Part shown: positions 1 through 10,667 of the stretch, piece by piece
How the letters are laid out: each line of letters starts with the position of its first letter
Position numbering within the stretch: position 1 is the first letter of the stretch
Assembly (NCBI GenBank): GCA_009859145.1
Contig: VRVR01000020.1
Coordinates: 62,001-126,000, forward strand
Direction: 5' to 3'
Length of the DNA: 64,000 bases
Source of the DNA: Andalucia godoyi And28
Lineage: Eukaryota > Protista > Jakobida
Program-made: the position numbers and the translations under genes
Notes under the pieces: model-generated
Told to the model about the DNA's origin: nothing
Databases searched by the model: none
What the model saw: only the letters and a program-made list of their open reading frames with translations

Positions 1-1
1 A

Positions 2-850
2 GCTGGGGATCTTGCTTCCTTGTCGGTTGTCGACTACGAACTGTTCCAGTCTGCGTATTCGCGAATGACGTTTTCCATCAAGGTGGATCGTGATCCACAG
101 TACTACCTGTCCAAGTTCGTGTTGGGAGTCGTTGTGCTTGTGATGATGTCGATCTTATGCTTTGCACTCGAAGTGGACGAAGCAGACCGAATGATGGGAA
201 CCTTGACCGTGTTCCTTGCCATCATTTCATACATGTTTATCGCGTCGCAAGACTTGCCGAAGGTTGCCTACCAGACTCGCATCGACTCCTTCATGACCCT
301 GTCTTTTCTCACCGTGTTTTCCTGCATGTTTGTTCACGCCTGCAACTATCTCCTCTTTTACTACCACGAAAAGCAAGATGAACACGCCGAACTTGACTTG
401 CAAATTGCAGAGGCAGAAGAAGCACAGGCAGAGGCAGAAGCTGCTGCTGCTTCCGACGATTCAAAGCCAAGCTCAAGATGCTCCGTCAATCTCGCAGATG
501 TGGATGTTGTGCACCACCACAAGGACACTGGAAAGGAAGATCCAACGTCTCCGCACGATGCGATTCCCAAGGTGTATCCTCCCATATCCTCTATCTGTGC
601 TGATCCACAAAGCAGGAATTCTACAAATCCTCTTCACGGCCCGGCATTCACGTGTTACTCAAAGGACGAGGAGTATTCAGCTCGGAAACCGTCGGCAGGC
701 GTTACTGCGCTTGAAACGCTCCGCAAGCTCAAGAAGAGCAAAGCGAAGAAGCTCAAGAGAACTCGATCCGTCGATGCTCTGTCCGTGGTGTTCATCATGC
801 TTGCTTATGCAATTGCAGCCGCTCTTGTATTAACAGGAGAAGGTCAATAA
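2..850 (+). CDS. Pentameric ligand-gated ion channel (Cys-loop/Pro-loop family), 3' part only: end of extracellular domain, M1-M3, long intracellular loop, M4; 5' end lies outside the window
   Basis: Frame open from base 2. YSRMTFSIKVDR-DPQYYLSK pre-M1 motif, M1-M2 linker DR, M2-M3 loop LPKVAY, then T-x-ID into M3, and a C-terminal hydrophobic M4 (VDALSVVFIMLAYAIAAALVL). Confidence 0.85.
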   Translation, partial: AGDLASLSVVDYELFQSAYSRMTFSIKVDRDPQYYLSKFVLGVVVLVMMSILCFALEVDEADRMMGTLTVFLAIISYMFIASQDLPKVAYQTRIDSFMTLSFLTVFSCMFVHACNYLLFYYHEKQDEHAELDLQIAEAEEAQAEAEAAAASDDSKPSSRCSVNLADVDVVHHHKDTGKEDPTSPHDAIPKVYPPISSICADPQSRNSTNPLHGPAFTCYSKDEEYSARKPSAGVTALETLRKLKKSKAKKLKRTRSVDALSVVFIMLAYAIAAALVLTGEGQ

Positions 851-1014
851 GCGAGGCTAGCTCATCATCATTTTTGCAGTCTACAGAAATTGTTTTTGTA
901 TTTTACGTTATAATAAGCAGCGTAACTTCTTAAACCGGTTATTATTATTATCTTTTGTTTTTGGTTCTTGGTTGTGTTCTTGTATTTTACGCGAAGAGAA
1001 GCATATTAAGACAG

Positions 1015-1491
1015 TTAGTCGCTTGTGGATCGATCGATCTCAAACTTTGCAAACTGTCGAGCTGCAACCTGCTGTTCGTTCGTGAACACCGCGCGCTCAA
1101 TCTTTGACTTTGGCGATCCAACAGTTGAAAGCCATTGCTTCATAGCCGCGATGTTCTCTGCAGACCCCTCTGCAACGCCAACTACCGTTCCATCGGGATC
1201 GTTCCGGACCCACCCACTCAATCGAAGCTTCTCAGCCTGTGCATGCGTGTACTTTCGAAAGAACACTCGCTGCCTGTTCTCCCATCCTCACTCAGCACCC
1301 AAACACCACAGAACACAACGGAAAAGAATAGAATAAATGCATCTGTTTGTTAGTTATTCGTGTACATACATATAGATACAGCAGTGGGTCTCCCAGGGGG
1401 CACACAGGCCGTTCTGCTCAAAAAGCCTTCACATAGAATTCTACACATACACTTTTCCAAACACCTGAAAATGAATCTGCACAATTGCCAT
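1015..1491 (-). CDS. ACYP: Acylphosphatase; 2 exons (1451-1491, 1015-1273), intron 1274-1450
   Basis: Spliced product MAIVQIHFQVFGKVQRVFFRKYT...LSGWVRNDPDGTVVGVAEG...GSPKSKIE. Has catalytic Arg, the GWVRN Asn and the GSP motif. GTATGT donor, CAG acceptor, phase 2 joins cleanly. Confidence 0.9.
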
Positions 1492-1755
1492 TCCTACTCT
1501 TACTATGGAATATCGTGTCCTACTTGTTCATACATCATCTTCTTCTCTTTGGTTTTCCGTGCCTTAGACTGCTCTGCTCTCCAGTGCGTCAGAAGGACGG
1601 ATCGTGATTTGTCATTACAGCGGATTGCGTTTGGTTGCCATCGGAACCCCGGAACAGACGATTGCTGGTGCCTGCCTGGTGGCCTTCATGCTCATCGATG
1701 CCCAGGATCTTCCCGGAAGCATCGACGTGGCATCGGTCACCGTTCCTCTTTCAGC

Positions 1756-1758
<3 letters not shown>

Positions 1759-1814
<56 letters not shown>
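1759..1814. repeat. (CA)n microsatellite, about 28 units
   Basis: Direct reading of the sequence. Confidence 0.95.
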
Positions 1815-1816
<2 letters not shown>

Positions 1817-2074
1817 AAAAAGAAAAGAGATCACCGATTATTCTTGCTAGAACGCACTTTATAGATGCATCGACGCCAGATCGACAAAATGGAGGCAGGA
1901 GCATTGCATTCACCGCATCCCTCAAGGCGCAAATATGAAAGAATGCAGCAGAGATAGTACAGAAAGAAAATGGAACGAGGACGCCCGACAATTGAAAACC
2001 CCAACGAACTATATAATACAACTCCCTGATGAAGAAGAAGAGATGGCACGAGGTGGAACACTGACATGCACCAC

Positions 2075-3538
2075 TTAAGAAGGGATGACCACGCGAGGAA
2101 CCAAAAACGCACCGTCGATCCTCCTCATGATAGGCACCAGGACAACAGCATTATTCTGTTTTGTTTTCTTAAACTTGGGGCCGAAGTGCACCGCAACATC
2201 TGTGTCCACCCGCTGCACTGGAGACGCATTCATGACAGACCAGTCCACCGACACAGATGGGTCGGCCAGCAGCGAATACATGCAAAGTGTCACCCAGGTC
2301 CTGAACACCGAACTCGATGAGCTGAGATCAATCAGCAAAGCAAGGACATTCAAAATGGCGTCATCCTCTGGAGTTCGGTCTGCCTGCGGAGAAGAGCCAT
2401 CATTCTTATCCTCTGTAAGAAGCATTGCATCTGCTGCCGAGGCATCCATGCTGAATTCTCTCCGCAGACTCTTCCGCTTCTTGCTTGGGGTGCTCGGGGC
2501 ATCGTTGCGAGGCTCCGTTGAAGTCGCCGAGATTGCAAGATCGATCGCGTCCAGCATGTCATCAGGGCCTGATTGCAGCCATGATCCCCACGTCTCCAAG
2601 ATCTCGTCCACTTCGACCATTGCAATCGACGCAAAATTGGCCCGCAGACACGCTAACAGCAGACCTTCAAACTCTGATATCGCAGGATCCTTCTCCTTCT
2701 CCTTCTCCTTCTCCTTGCCCTTCTTGGACCCTTCCATGTTCTGGAAACCCAACTGAGCAAACGTCCTATCCCTTCTTTTCCTCATGGATTCACCAACCAA
2801 TTTGCGAATTGACTTCAAGGCAACCACCAAAACAGTAACACATGCACTTGGAGTCGCATTTGGCACCTTCGAAAAGAATGCCGTATAGTAATCACGCATT
2901 TCTGTCATGTACCATTCGCGACCGACTTGCTGCATCGCTTCAAAGGACGGGATGGACAGTTCCCTCTTCATGACAGGCGCTCGATTTGCAAACAGATCCG
3001 CAAAGTTTGGCAGCACAGCAGGCCCGCCGCTGTTTGAAACAGATGCCTGGTAATGCGATGTACTTGGCGTGGCCGGCGGCGAAACCGGAGTCAGTTTGGG
3101 AGAATCGGCTGCACGCTCCTCAGCCAAAGGTCCAGAACTTGGACTTGTTCTTCGAGGGGCATTGCTGCCGTTATCATTGATGTTGTGATTTGGTGAGACC
3201 GGCGTCGAATGTTGCAGCGCCTGTGACATAACAAGAGGCGACGACGGCGATGTCTTTCGCAGCATAACGACCTCATTCGACAAGTCCTGAACAAGCTGGG
3301 AAGACTTGACTGCAGAAGACAGTAACCAGTGGATATCCTCCACCATAAGAGCAGATTCATGATCGGACTCTGCAAACGTAAGAACATCAGCTGTGCGCTT
3401 CCAGTTGTCGACAACTCGCGTTTTCCCCTCTGTATTCGGAATGTTGGATATCAGCTGGATGGCATGCGAAAGCGAAACCACAAGTCCCTTTACAGGCTCC
3501 TGATCATCCTTGCTCGTCTTGGAATTTCCACACCCCAT
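2075..3538 (-). CDS. Hypothetical protein (487 aa) with N-terminal myristoylation/palmitoylation-type motif MGCGNSK
   Basis: Long ORF. The ATG at 3538 gives MGCxxS; the upstream in-frame extension is T-rich and looks like UTR. Confidence 0.7.
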   Translation of the reverse strand: MGCGNSKTSKDDQEPVKGLVVSLSHAIQLISNIPNTEGKTRVVDNWKRTADVLTFAESDHESALMVEDIHWLLSSAVKSSQLVQDLSNEVVMLRKTSPSSPLVMSQALQHSTPVSPNHNINDNGSNAPRRTSPSSGPLAEERAADSPKLTPVSPPATPSTSHYQASVSNSGGPAVLPNFADLFANRAPVMKRELSIPSFEAMQQVGREWYMTEMRDYYTAFFSKVPNATPSACVTVLVVALKSIRKLVGESMRKRRDRTFAQLGFQNMEGSKKGKEKEKEKEKDPAISEFEGLLLACLRANFASIAMVEVDEILETWGSWLQSGPDDMLDAIDLAISATSTEPRNDAPSTPSKKRKSLRREFSMDASAADAMLLTEDKNDGSSPQADRTPEDDAILNVLALLIDLSSSSSVFRTWVTLCMYSLLADPSVSVDWSVMNASPVQRVDTDVAVHFGPKFKKTKQNNAVVLVPIMRRIDGAFLVPRVVIPS

Positions 3539-4018
3539 TCTTACCTCGCGCAAACAGGGGAGAAAAAGTCGACTGCTGCGCAAATCAAGCAAGTAAGAGA
3601 ATGACTTCCCCCTCCAACAAACAACAAGCCAAAAGAAAGAAGAAGAAAAGAAAAGGGGGAAAAACCACCAACAAACGCACAAATGCACAAACACAACGAC
3701 AAGGTGGAAAGTCGGGCTGGATTCCCGGGACGAGTGGCTGAAAGAGAAAGAAGCCGGGAGAAGTCGAAGCTGCATGAAGGAGAGAGAAGAAAAAAAACCA
3801 GGACGAAAGCGGAACAACCCGGCATAGCTGTTTGCGGGCAGATAGCTTTTCCGTCTGCTGTGACAGCTATTCGGACCCTTTCTCGAAACGCGCTCTCTAT
3901 TATTATTATTATTTATTTATTTCTTCTTGACCCACTCTTTCCATTCTGTCCATTTCATCCATTCTTCTTGCCTGTACTTTCTCCTTGTCTCTTACCGCAG
4001 TTCGTCGAGCATGAAAGA

Positions 4019-4219
4019 ATGAGCACAAAGCTTGCGAACCCCAGCAACACGACATCGTCCAGCCTTCTCTTGTACATCCTTGTATTTGGACTTGTCTTTG
4101 TCCTCGCATGGCGGTTCCGGTCTTCTCCACAGTCTCTTGTCGGCGCTGTCCTCGTCGTCATGGTCTCTGTAATGCTGTGGTTCCTCTACAGAGCAGCCAT
4201 CATGTCTGCCACCTACTAG
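4019..4219 (+). CDS. Possible small two-TM membrane protein (66 aa; 5' end uncertain)
   Basis: Two hydrophobic stretches (LLLYILVFGLVFVLAW; LVGAVLVVMVSVMLWFLY); no family recognised. Confidence 0.3.
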   Translation: MSTKLANPSNTTSSSLLLYILVFGLVFVLAWRFRSSPQSLVGAVLVVMVSVMLWFLYRAAIMSATY

Positions 4220-5078
4220 CAGCCTCTCCAACAGCGCTTTTGTACATACACACGTCTTTTTACATCGTTATCTTATAAATACCATTTCCTTTTTATGTGT
4301 TGATTACGACAGATGAAGGCAGTGTTCACGAGGACGGGCTCGGTTGCGAAGTAGCCGGGCGCGTACGGAGAAAGTCGGTCCAAGCGTGAACAAACGGCAA
4401 TTGGGACTCTACATCTTCGGCAAGTTTCGTAGCGGCCGGAACCATCTTCACAACCGAATCAAAGATCACCACCAGCTTTTCAGCAGCCTTTGTGTATACA
4501 TCCACGGTAAGCAAGCAAGCAAACAATTGAGTGAGTGAGTGAGAAAGACCGAGGATTGCATACTTGTTCCAGTTCAAATGAAATTGGATCTTGAATGGGT
4601 GTTTCTGTGCTCATTCTGCTTGATCGTGGCGCTGCAGTCGTTGCAGTCGTTGCAGTCGTTGCAGCCTGCAGAACACCTGGTTTTTCGTCGTTTCAGCATG
4701 CGCATTATTATTATTTTTTGGAGGGAAGCAGCCGTACGACAGAAAAATCTGGCCCCCAGGGGTTTTTGTTTTGTGGATGCGGGCTGCATCAGGCTTGCTG
4801 CTAGGGTAACGTTCGTTATTTTTTCCGTTTGTTATTATTATTATTAGTATTACAATTGCACATTTTGTTATACGTAGTTTTGAAGAAGCAGTCTTCTTAT
4901 TTGCTTAATTAACGGATTCGAGAGCGTGTCATTTCATGTGTTTATTTATTTGATTCTTGTTTTCAGAAATAGTGGTTGCTGCGTTTTCATTTTAAATTAA
5001 TCAATAGTGTTTTTTGTTGTTGTTGTTGTTGTCGTCGTCGTCGTTTTTATTTGATCGTGTATTCGTGGAGTCCGTTAC

Positions 5079-8000
5079 ATGTTTATCCGTAACGCAGCTG
5101 GAGAATATGAAGGGATATGTACGTGGGCTGAGTTGGAGACTTTGTTTCAAGCTGTAGGACTTGCTCCGCTGATTCCGCACCATGTCTTGGCTCTTTTGTG
5201 TGCGGCCCTGCGGCCGACCTCTCCATCGGGAGCATCACACAAGCACCCTGGCCGACGCATCGCAAGCTCCGCGGGACTTCGGTCTCCTGCTTCCGGAGAT
5301 CAGCCTCACTCCCAGTTTCAGCCGGGCACGGACACGAACACCCCCACCCTCTCACCGACGCAACTGCCATCTGTGGATTCCTCCTCTGTTGCCATGGCAG
5401 CGACGACGGCGGGGATACTTGCTGCAGGGGATGAATCGAAGCAACAACAAATTTCTGGGGCTTCGAATCACCAGGCGGCAATGGCTTCGAATGTGGGGTC
5501 GAATTCGCGAGGCCTTACGTTTCCCGAGCTGTGCAAAGTGTTGGAAAACAGGGAGTTTCGAAACCAGCACAACTTGACGTATAATGCGAGATCGGCATCC
5601 GAGAACCTTTCTGCGCTCTTGTCTGCGCTGTCGCTCGTGGTGGACAAACGGATAACTTTGGATGAAATTCGTGCGGTGCGACGCGCGTTTGATTACATCG
5701 CGGTTTCTCAACACTCTGCTGAAAGAGATCGTCGCGAAAAAGCCAAGAGTCAAGACGCTGCAAAGGCATTGTCCGGCTCAAGCGTCGAGAATGGTCTTAG
5801 CAAAAACAGCAACAACAACAGCAGCAGCGATGGTGGTGGTGGCGTTGAGCAGAATAGCGGAGATGCGGGTATTGCTGCCGCAGGTGGGGCTAGTCCAAGC
5901 AGCGAATTCATGAAGGAGATCCAAGCAAGTCGCAGAGCAGACTTTGAAATTGAAGGACACGCGTCGCTTCGAATTGCCCGGACTGCTGCATCGGTGGCCG
6001 CAATGTTGGATCGCTGCGGGAAACTACTCTCGCCGTCGGAAGCAGGACACATCTTGCTAAACGTCGAGCCGCCGGTTGGCTCTTTGGCGATCAAAAAGGG
6101 TGAGCAGATGAACGTCGCTTCTGGCAACGCGAATGCTGCAAAGAGCCACTCCCAGAGAGTATTGCGTGTGGGTCTGGATATTCGCTCTGATATGTACGTC
6201 CATCCAGACTCGCTGTCTCTTGACGAGGTTTTCATCATCTATCTGAGCGCACCGAAGAAGTCCGAAGCTCGATCAATCAGCCCTTTGATTTTGAGAAAGG
6301 AGGCCTCCGTGGTTGGAATGCCTGCACCCACAAAGAGCGGGGTTCCTGCTGGAAACCCTTCGTCTGTTCGTGGTTCGGTAGTTCCCGGGCTTCAACTTGG
6401 ACAGCGATCTAGTGAGAGTGGAAATCCGGTAATCGGTTCGCGGAATGCCAAAAAGGAATTGCTGTCTCCGCGGAATGGGCGGCCAGAACAAAAGTTGTAC
6501 GCGCTGTTTGATGAAACCGTGTTTCGTACGGACCGCGATCTTGTGATTGAAGACCGAGAAAACGCATTTCGAGCGGAGGCAATGGCTGCAGAGCTTGAAA
6601 AGCAGGCACGCCGAAACGATCGAAGGGGAAGAAGGTTCTCCGCGAGCGCAACTTCGCGTTCGACGACCGCGCTGAGCATCGCTTCTCCGACGCTGACTTC
6701 CGCTCCGTCGTCCGCACGTGGTTCTGCAAGACGCAAGATGTCTGCTACCAAACGCTCCAAGCCCGCAGATGACTCGGATCGCGACGAGCATGTTGTTGCC
6801 GAAACGACTTCAAACTCTGGATCCGACGGTGAATCAAGCGAAGAGGAGTTCTTGGTTTTTGAAGATCCCGAGGAAGCGATGAAGCGCAGGAAGCTCCGAC
6901 GAAAGACGCTGAGTTCGGAAAGCGACCGGCAACTTCACGCGCAAGTTGTGTCATTGATCGCTTCGTCGTCGCAACAGGTTCTGCGTGTGCGTGCTAGCCG
7001 TCCTTCGTCGAGCGGACCGACTGGTATACCCAAAACAACTCCCCGGTTTCATCCCAAAGAATCGCCATCTGGTGATGCGGATGTGAATCCGTGGGCGTCC
7101 GCAAGGAAATTGATGTCGGATGTTGATCAGAAGGCCGAGACGGCGAGAGGAAACTTGTCATTTCGACCGTCGTCCGTCCCGTCTTCTGCTCGACGCCCAG
7201 TCGATTCGGAAGCTGGTTCGCGGTTGTCCACAGTGACTCCTCGGTCAGGGACGTCGCGGTTGTCCAGCGCGCGAGGAAAGCTGAGATCTGCGTCCGATTT
7301 CGAAAGGGCCGTGCAGGAATACGGAAACTTATTCTCCGTCCGTGAATCATCTCTTGCCCAGTCTGCACGAGGAGGTGGCTCGTCAGGTCGGCTTGCTGCA
7401 AGCGACTTTGCGATCAGCTCCACTACCTTTCCGAATGCTTCTTCCGTCAAGAATGCCGACAGCAAGGCCAAGCAAAAGTCTGTCTTTCGAATAGATTCTT
7501 ATCGTGGGAGTGAACGGAGTGAAGATGCGACTACGACGTCGCCCAGTGCAATTCTTGAGGATCGAACGCATGATTCTTGTGATTTGGATTATGTTCCCAA
7601 TGAGCTGCCGGCTCCGGTTCGTCGAATTCCCAAGCCACTGGAAATCACGGGGATGTCTGCCATTCAGCGATCCGTCCCACCCATCAATCCAGAATTGTGG
7701 AAAAGGGCCACCACCCTGTTTGATTCTCTAGCCCTCCAACCGTTATCGTCCCCACAGCATGCGCCATTGAATGCGGCTCCAGCAGCACTACATGGTGCGG
7801 CGCAGGCGAAGACGAGGACCGCATCCGAGTCGAATGTAGCCAAAAGAAGCATCCACGGCAATCATATTGAAGACGTCCGTGAACGAGGCCTGGTGCACGG
7901 GGAAGAAGATCCGCATCGGCGCCTGAATCTTTTGCGAGCGCAGCCCATTCCTCCGACGCACAAGTGCATCACTCGTAGCATGAAGCAAACAATTTCCCCG

Positions 8001-8174
8001 CCTTCAGCACCATCGTCTTATCGCCGGTTTTCGCACGACGCTGCAAAATCTGATGGCAAGAGTTCGGCACCACAGTCCAGTGGGTCGTATAGTTTCCGGC
8101 CAGCACCTCCCCCTGCATCCAGTTTGGATGCTAGTGCACATCGCCGAATATCACATGCGCGATCCGGTCATTGA
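5079..8174 (+). CDS. Hypothetical 1031-aa Ser/Arg/Ala-rich, largely disordered protein; weak EF-hand-like segment at the N-terminus; start uncertain (possible upstream exon)
   Basis: 3.1-kb ORF flanked by AT-rich intergenic DNA; N-terminal GEYEGICTWAELETLF; acceptor-like TAACGCAG near 5090-5097. Confidence 0.7.
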   Translation: MFIRNAAGEYEGICTWAELETLFQAVGLAPLIPHHVLALLCAALRPTSPSGASHKHPGRRIASSAGLRSPASGDQPHSQFQPGTDTNTPTLSPTQLPSVDSSSVAMAATTAGILAAGDESKQQQISGASNHQAAMASNVGSNSRGLTFPELCKVLENREFRNQHNLTYNARSASENLSALLSALSLVVDKRITLDEIRAVRRAFDYIAVSQHSAERDRREKAKSQDAAKALSGSSVENGLSKNSNNNSSSDGGGGVEQNSGDAGIAAAGGASPSSEFMKEIQASRRADFEIEGHASLRIARTAASVAAMLDRCGKLLSPSEAGHILLNVEPPVGSLAIKKGEQMNVASGNANAAKSHSQRVLRVGLDIRSDMYVHPDSLSLDEVFIIYLSAPKKSEARSISPLILRKEASVVGMPAPTKSGVPAGNPSSVRGSVVPGLQLGQRSSESGNPVIGSRNAKKELLSPRNGRPEQKLYALFDETVFRTDRDLVIEDRENAFRAEAMAAELEKQARRNDRRGRRFSASATSRSTTALSIASPTLTSAPSSARGSARRKMSATKRSKPADDSDRDEHVVAETTSNSGSDGESSEEEFLVFEDPEEAMKRRKLRRKTLSSESDRQLHAQVVSLIASSSQQVLRVRASRPSSSGPTGIPKTTPRFHPKESPSGDADVNPWASARKLMSDVDQKAETARGNLSFRPSSVPSSARRPVDSEAGSRLSTVTPRSGTSRLSSARGKLRSASDFERAVQEYGNLFSVRESSLAQSARGGGSSGRLAASDFAISSTTFPNASSVKNADSKAKQKSVFRIDSYRGSERSEDATTTSPSAILEDRTHDSCDLDYVPNELPAPVRRIPKPLEITGMSAIQRSVPPINPELWKRATTLFDSLALQPLSSPQHAPLNAAPAALHGAAQAKTRTASESNVAKRSIHGNHIEDVRERGLVHGEEDPHRRLNLLRAQPIPPTHKCITRSMKQTISPPSAPSSYRRFSHDAAKSDGKSSAPQSSGSYSFRPAPPPASSLDASAHRRISHARSGH

Positions 8175-8306
8175 ACCGGCCCTCAGTAGTATTTTTATCC
8201 GTCTTTTTGTACATTCTGTAATATCGTTTGTTCTTGTTTTGCTTTGTTGTGTTTTGTTTTTCTCTTGATTTTTCTTTCTTCCATTTAGTCGTATCGAGTT
8301 CCGCTA

Positions 8307-8445
8307 CCGTTGAATAATAATAACACGTCATTGTCATGCATTCGGAAGGAAAGTGTACATAAACAGACACGGTCAATACTGGCCGACACCTGCACGTTTG
8401 TTTCACAGGGAATTCGTGCTTACGCGTAGCCATCTATCATTCGTT
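8307..8445. repeat. Dispersed repeat family B, copy 1 (internally deleted relative to 63716-63920)
   Basis: Shares e.g. AACACGTCATTGTCATGCAT, CATAAACAGACACGGTC and TTTGTTTCACAGGGAATTCGTGCTTACG with the 63.7-kb copy; lacks its 66-bp internal segment. Confidence 0.85.
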
Positions 8446-9072
8446 CAGCGCACTGCCAAGAGGCGAACTTCCAAGACACGATCTCCAATCCCCAGCACGC
8501 AGCGTAGCCACCCCAAGCAGAGACCGTCTCTTGCAGAACTCGTGGTTTTCTGCTGCGATGCATCAGGCGCAGTCGCAGTCGCAGTCGCAATACCCCACCG
8601 TCTTCCTACCGCCTCTTCCTCTCGTCTCTCCAGTTGCATCAATCGCGCTACTACTGAGGACACGAAAGCGCCTGCTGCTAGGGCCGTCAGAATCAAAATG
8701 CACCCTTCTCAGGAACAACGCGTCACGCTGAGAAAGTAGCTCACCGATTGATCGAGATTGGGAACGGAGCGCGGGGCATTTATCTGAAGAACGCCAGCAA
8801 GGCTTGTCGGGGGCCTATCCCCTTCCCGGCAACGGGATGGAAGACTGAGTATGCATGTCTATTCGTAGATATGCATGTTCAGTGTATAAAGTAGGCGTCG
8901 TCGGGGCCTTTTGCAAAGTGTTTTCGCAGCCCTCGGGGAAGGTTGTTTATTCTCAATATTTTTCGTATCCCGATGACGTTTCGCTGCTGCAGAATCTGTG
9001 CAGCAATGGAACATCCTGCGGGCATCTTGGGGACAGTTGATATGTACAAACAGGGGGGTGCTGACTCCCTTC

Positions 9073-10596
9073 TTATTTGTGCAGCACCAGTCGATCTGGG
9101 ACCAACTTGTCGTGCATGTCGACGTCCTCATCGGCGTCGTTTCCAAATTGGCCTGGTTCATACTCATCTTCTCGCAAAGCGCTCGTCGGTCCTGCTGCTC
9201 CCTTTCCAGGTTCAAAGGGAACGTACTGAAAGCCTCCACTGTCAGCCGCATCTTGCTCGAGAAGCAGGTTCTCTTGCTCAAATGCACCCCACAGTCTATC
9301 TTTTCTGATCTCTTCCACAGGCCGGCGCTTCGTGATCCATTCGTATCCCGCCGGTGGGGCGCCCCAGCCGTTCTGTCCGTATCCCCAAACCACGCTGACA
9401 GAAGGAGGAGAGGTTACTCCAGGGATTTTGAGCGATGCGTACCCAGGCGGGGGGCCCAGCTTCTGCATTGCCCACAGCCACGGAACAGGCTGAGTCTCGT
9501 TTTCGAGTCCAAGAGCCCGTCGAAGCTTGGCAGACACCTTTCCCGGCTTCAGATGGCCCATTGCCGAGTTTTGCAGCACATTTTCCTTTCCCTCAAAGTA
9601 CAGTTCCCCAAACCCGGTGATAGAGGGCCGTGTTTGCTGCTCGAATGCATGCAGCAGAATCGAATAATCAATGTTCATCCGTCCTACGGAAGGTCTCAAT
9701 CGTTCTCTCCCCTTTTGAATCATGGACTTTTTCGCATCTTGCGCAACCATTGCTTCGCGGATCTTTCGGATTCCAGTAGCCTCGATGTAATCAGGAAGCT
9801 TGTACGCCGACATTTCCGTTCCGCGCTTTGCAGACAAGTACCTTCGCTTCGCAGACCAGTGCAATGGAACAGGAACCGTGCTTCTGATCGACTTCAGCTG
9901 AACCAGCAAATCCGGATCCGGAGCCGTAACATCCCAACTGTCCACAACCTCCGGATGCAACGTCGTCGCCTTCAGCTCTGCGATCTTGTCCCGCAGATAG
10001 AGCTTCCGCTGCCGATTCGACATCAAATCCAGCTCGCTTGCATCCAAATAGAAACCGACACTCGCTCCCCTCTTTCCCAACTCGCCCCGCTCACCTTGCA
10101 TCTTGGAACCGTCCACGTTGGCACGGGCACCACCGCCATAATCAACATTATCACCGTCCTGCATATGCCGAGCATCCCCATGTGTCTCTGAAGCATTCCC
10201 GAGCCCTGCGCCCTGCTCCATCCCACTATCATTGCCGCTACGATCATCCACGGGTTGCCGAAATCGGTCCAAAACCGCTGAGAACTCTGACTCGATTCCT
10301 CGATCCTCCAATTCTATGCTCATTCGTGCAGTCGGCTTATCCAAAGAATCATTCAATGCATAATCAGCCGACGGCGCAGACGACGATGAGAAGAAGTCAG
10401 ACCGTGACGGAAGTGCAGTCCCGCTCTTCTGATTCTGATTCTGATTCTGAATCGTTTCCGTTAAAAAAACTGGTTGCTGTTTTTTGCGGTTTTCCTTCCG
10501 TTTTTGTCGCTTTTGACGGATTAAAGCACGGCGCTTTGCACTTTTTGGTGAAACGGGGCTCGAAGCCGACCCATCCGAATCTGAATCGTCGCCCAT
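9073..10596 (-). CDS. SF3B2: Splicing factor 3B subunit 2 (SAP145/Cus1)
   Basis: HPEVVDSWDVTAPDP, VPVPLHWSAKRRYLSAKRG, GELYFEGKE, KPGKVSAKLRRALG, PVPWLWAMQKLGPPPGYASLKIPG match the DUF382 + PSP regions. Confidence 0.95.
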   Translation of the reverse strand: MGDDSDSDGSASSPVSPKSAKRRALIRQKRQKRKENRKKQQPVFLTETIQNQNQNQKSGTALPSRSDFFSSSSAPSADYALNDSLDKPTARMSIELEDRGIESEFSAVLDRFRQPVDDRSGNDSGMEQGAGLGNASETHGDARHMQDGDNVDYGGGARANVDGSKMQGERGELGKRGASVGFYLDASELDLMSNRQRKLYLRDKIAELKATTLHPEVVDSWDVTAPDPDLLVQLKSIRSTVPVPLHWSAKRRYLSAKRGTEMSAYKLPDYIEATGIRKIREAMVAQDAKKSMIQKGRERLRPSVGRMNIDYSILLHAFEQQTRPSITGFGELYFEGKENVLQNSAMGHLKPGKVSAKLRRALGLENETQPVPWLWAMQKLGPPPGYASLKIPGVTSPPSVSVVWGYGQNGWGAPPAGYEWITKRRPVEEIRKDRLWGAFEQENLLLEQDAADSGGFQYVPFEPGKGAAGPTSALREDEYEPGQFGNDADEDVDMHDKLVPDRLVLHK

Positions 10597-10667
10597 TCTT
10601 CCGTCAGCACCACGTTTCCCCTAATCGTCGACTCAAAATACAAGAAGGACTAAATTTAAAAAAACAA

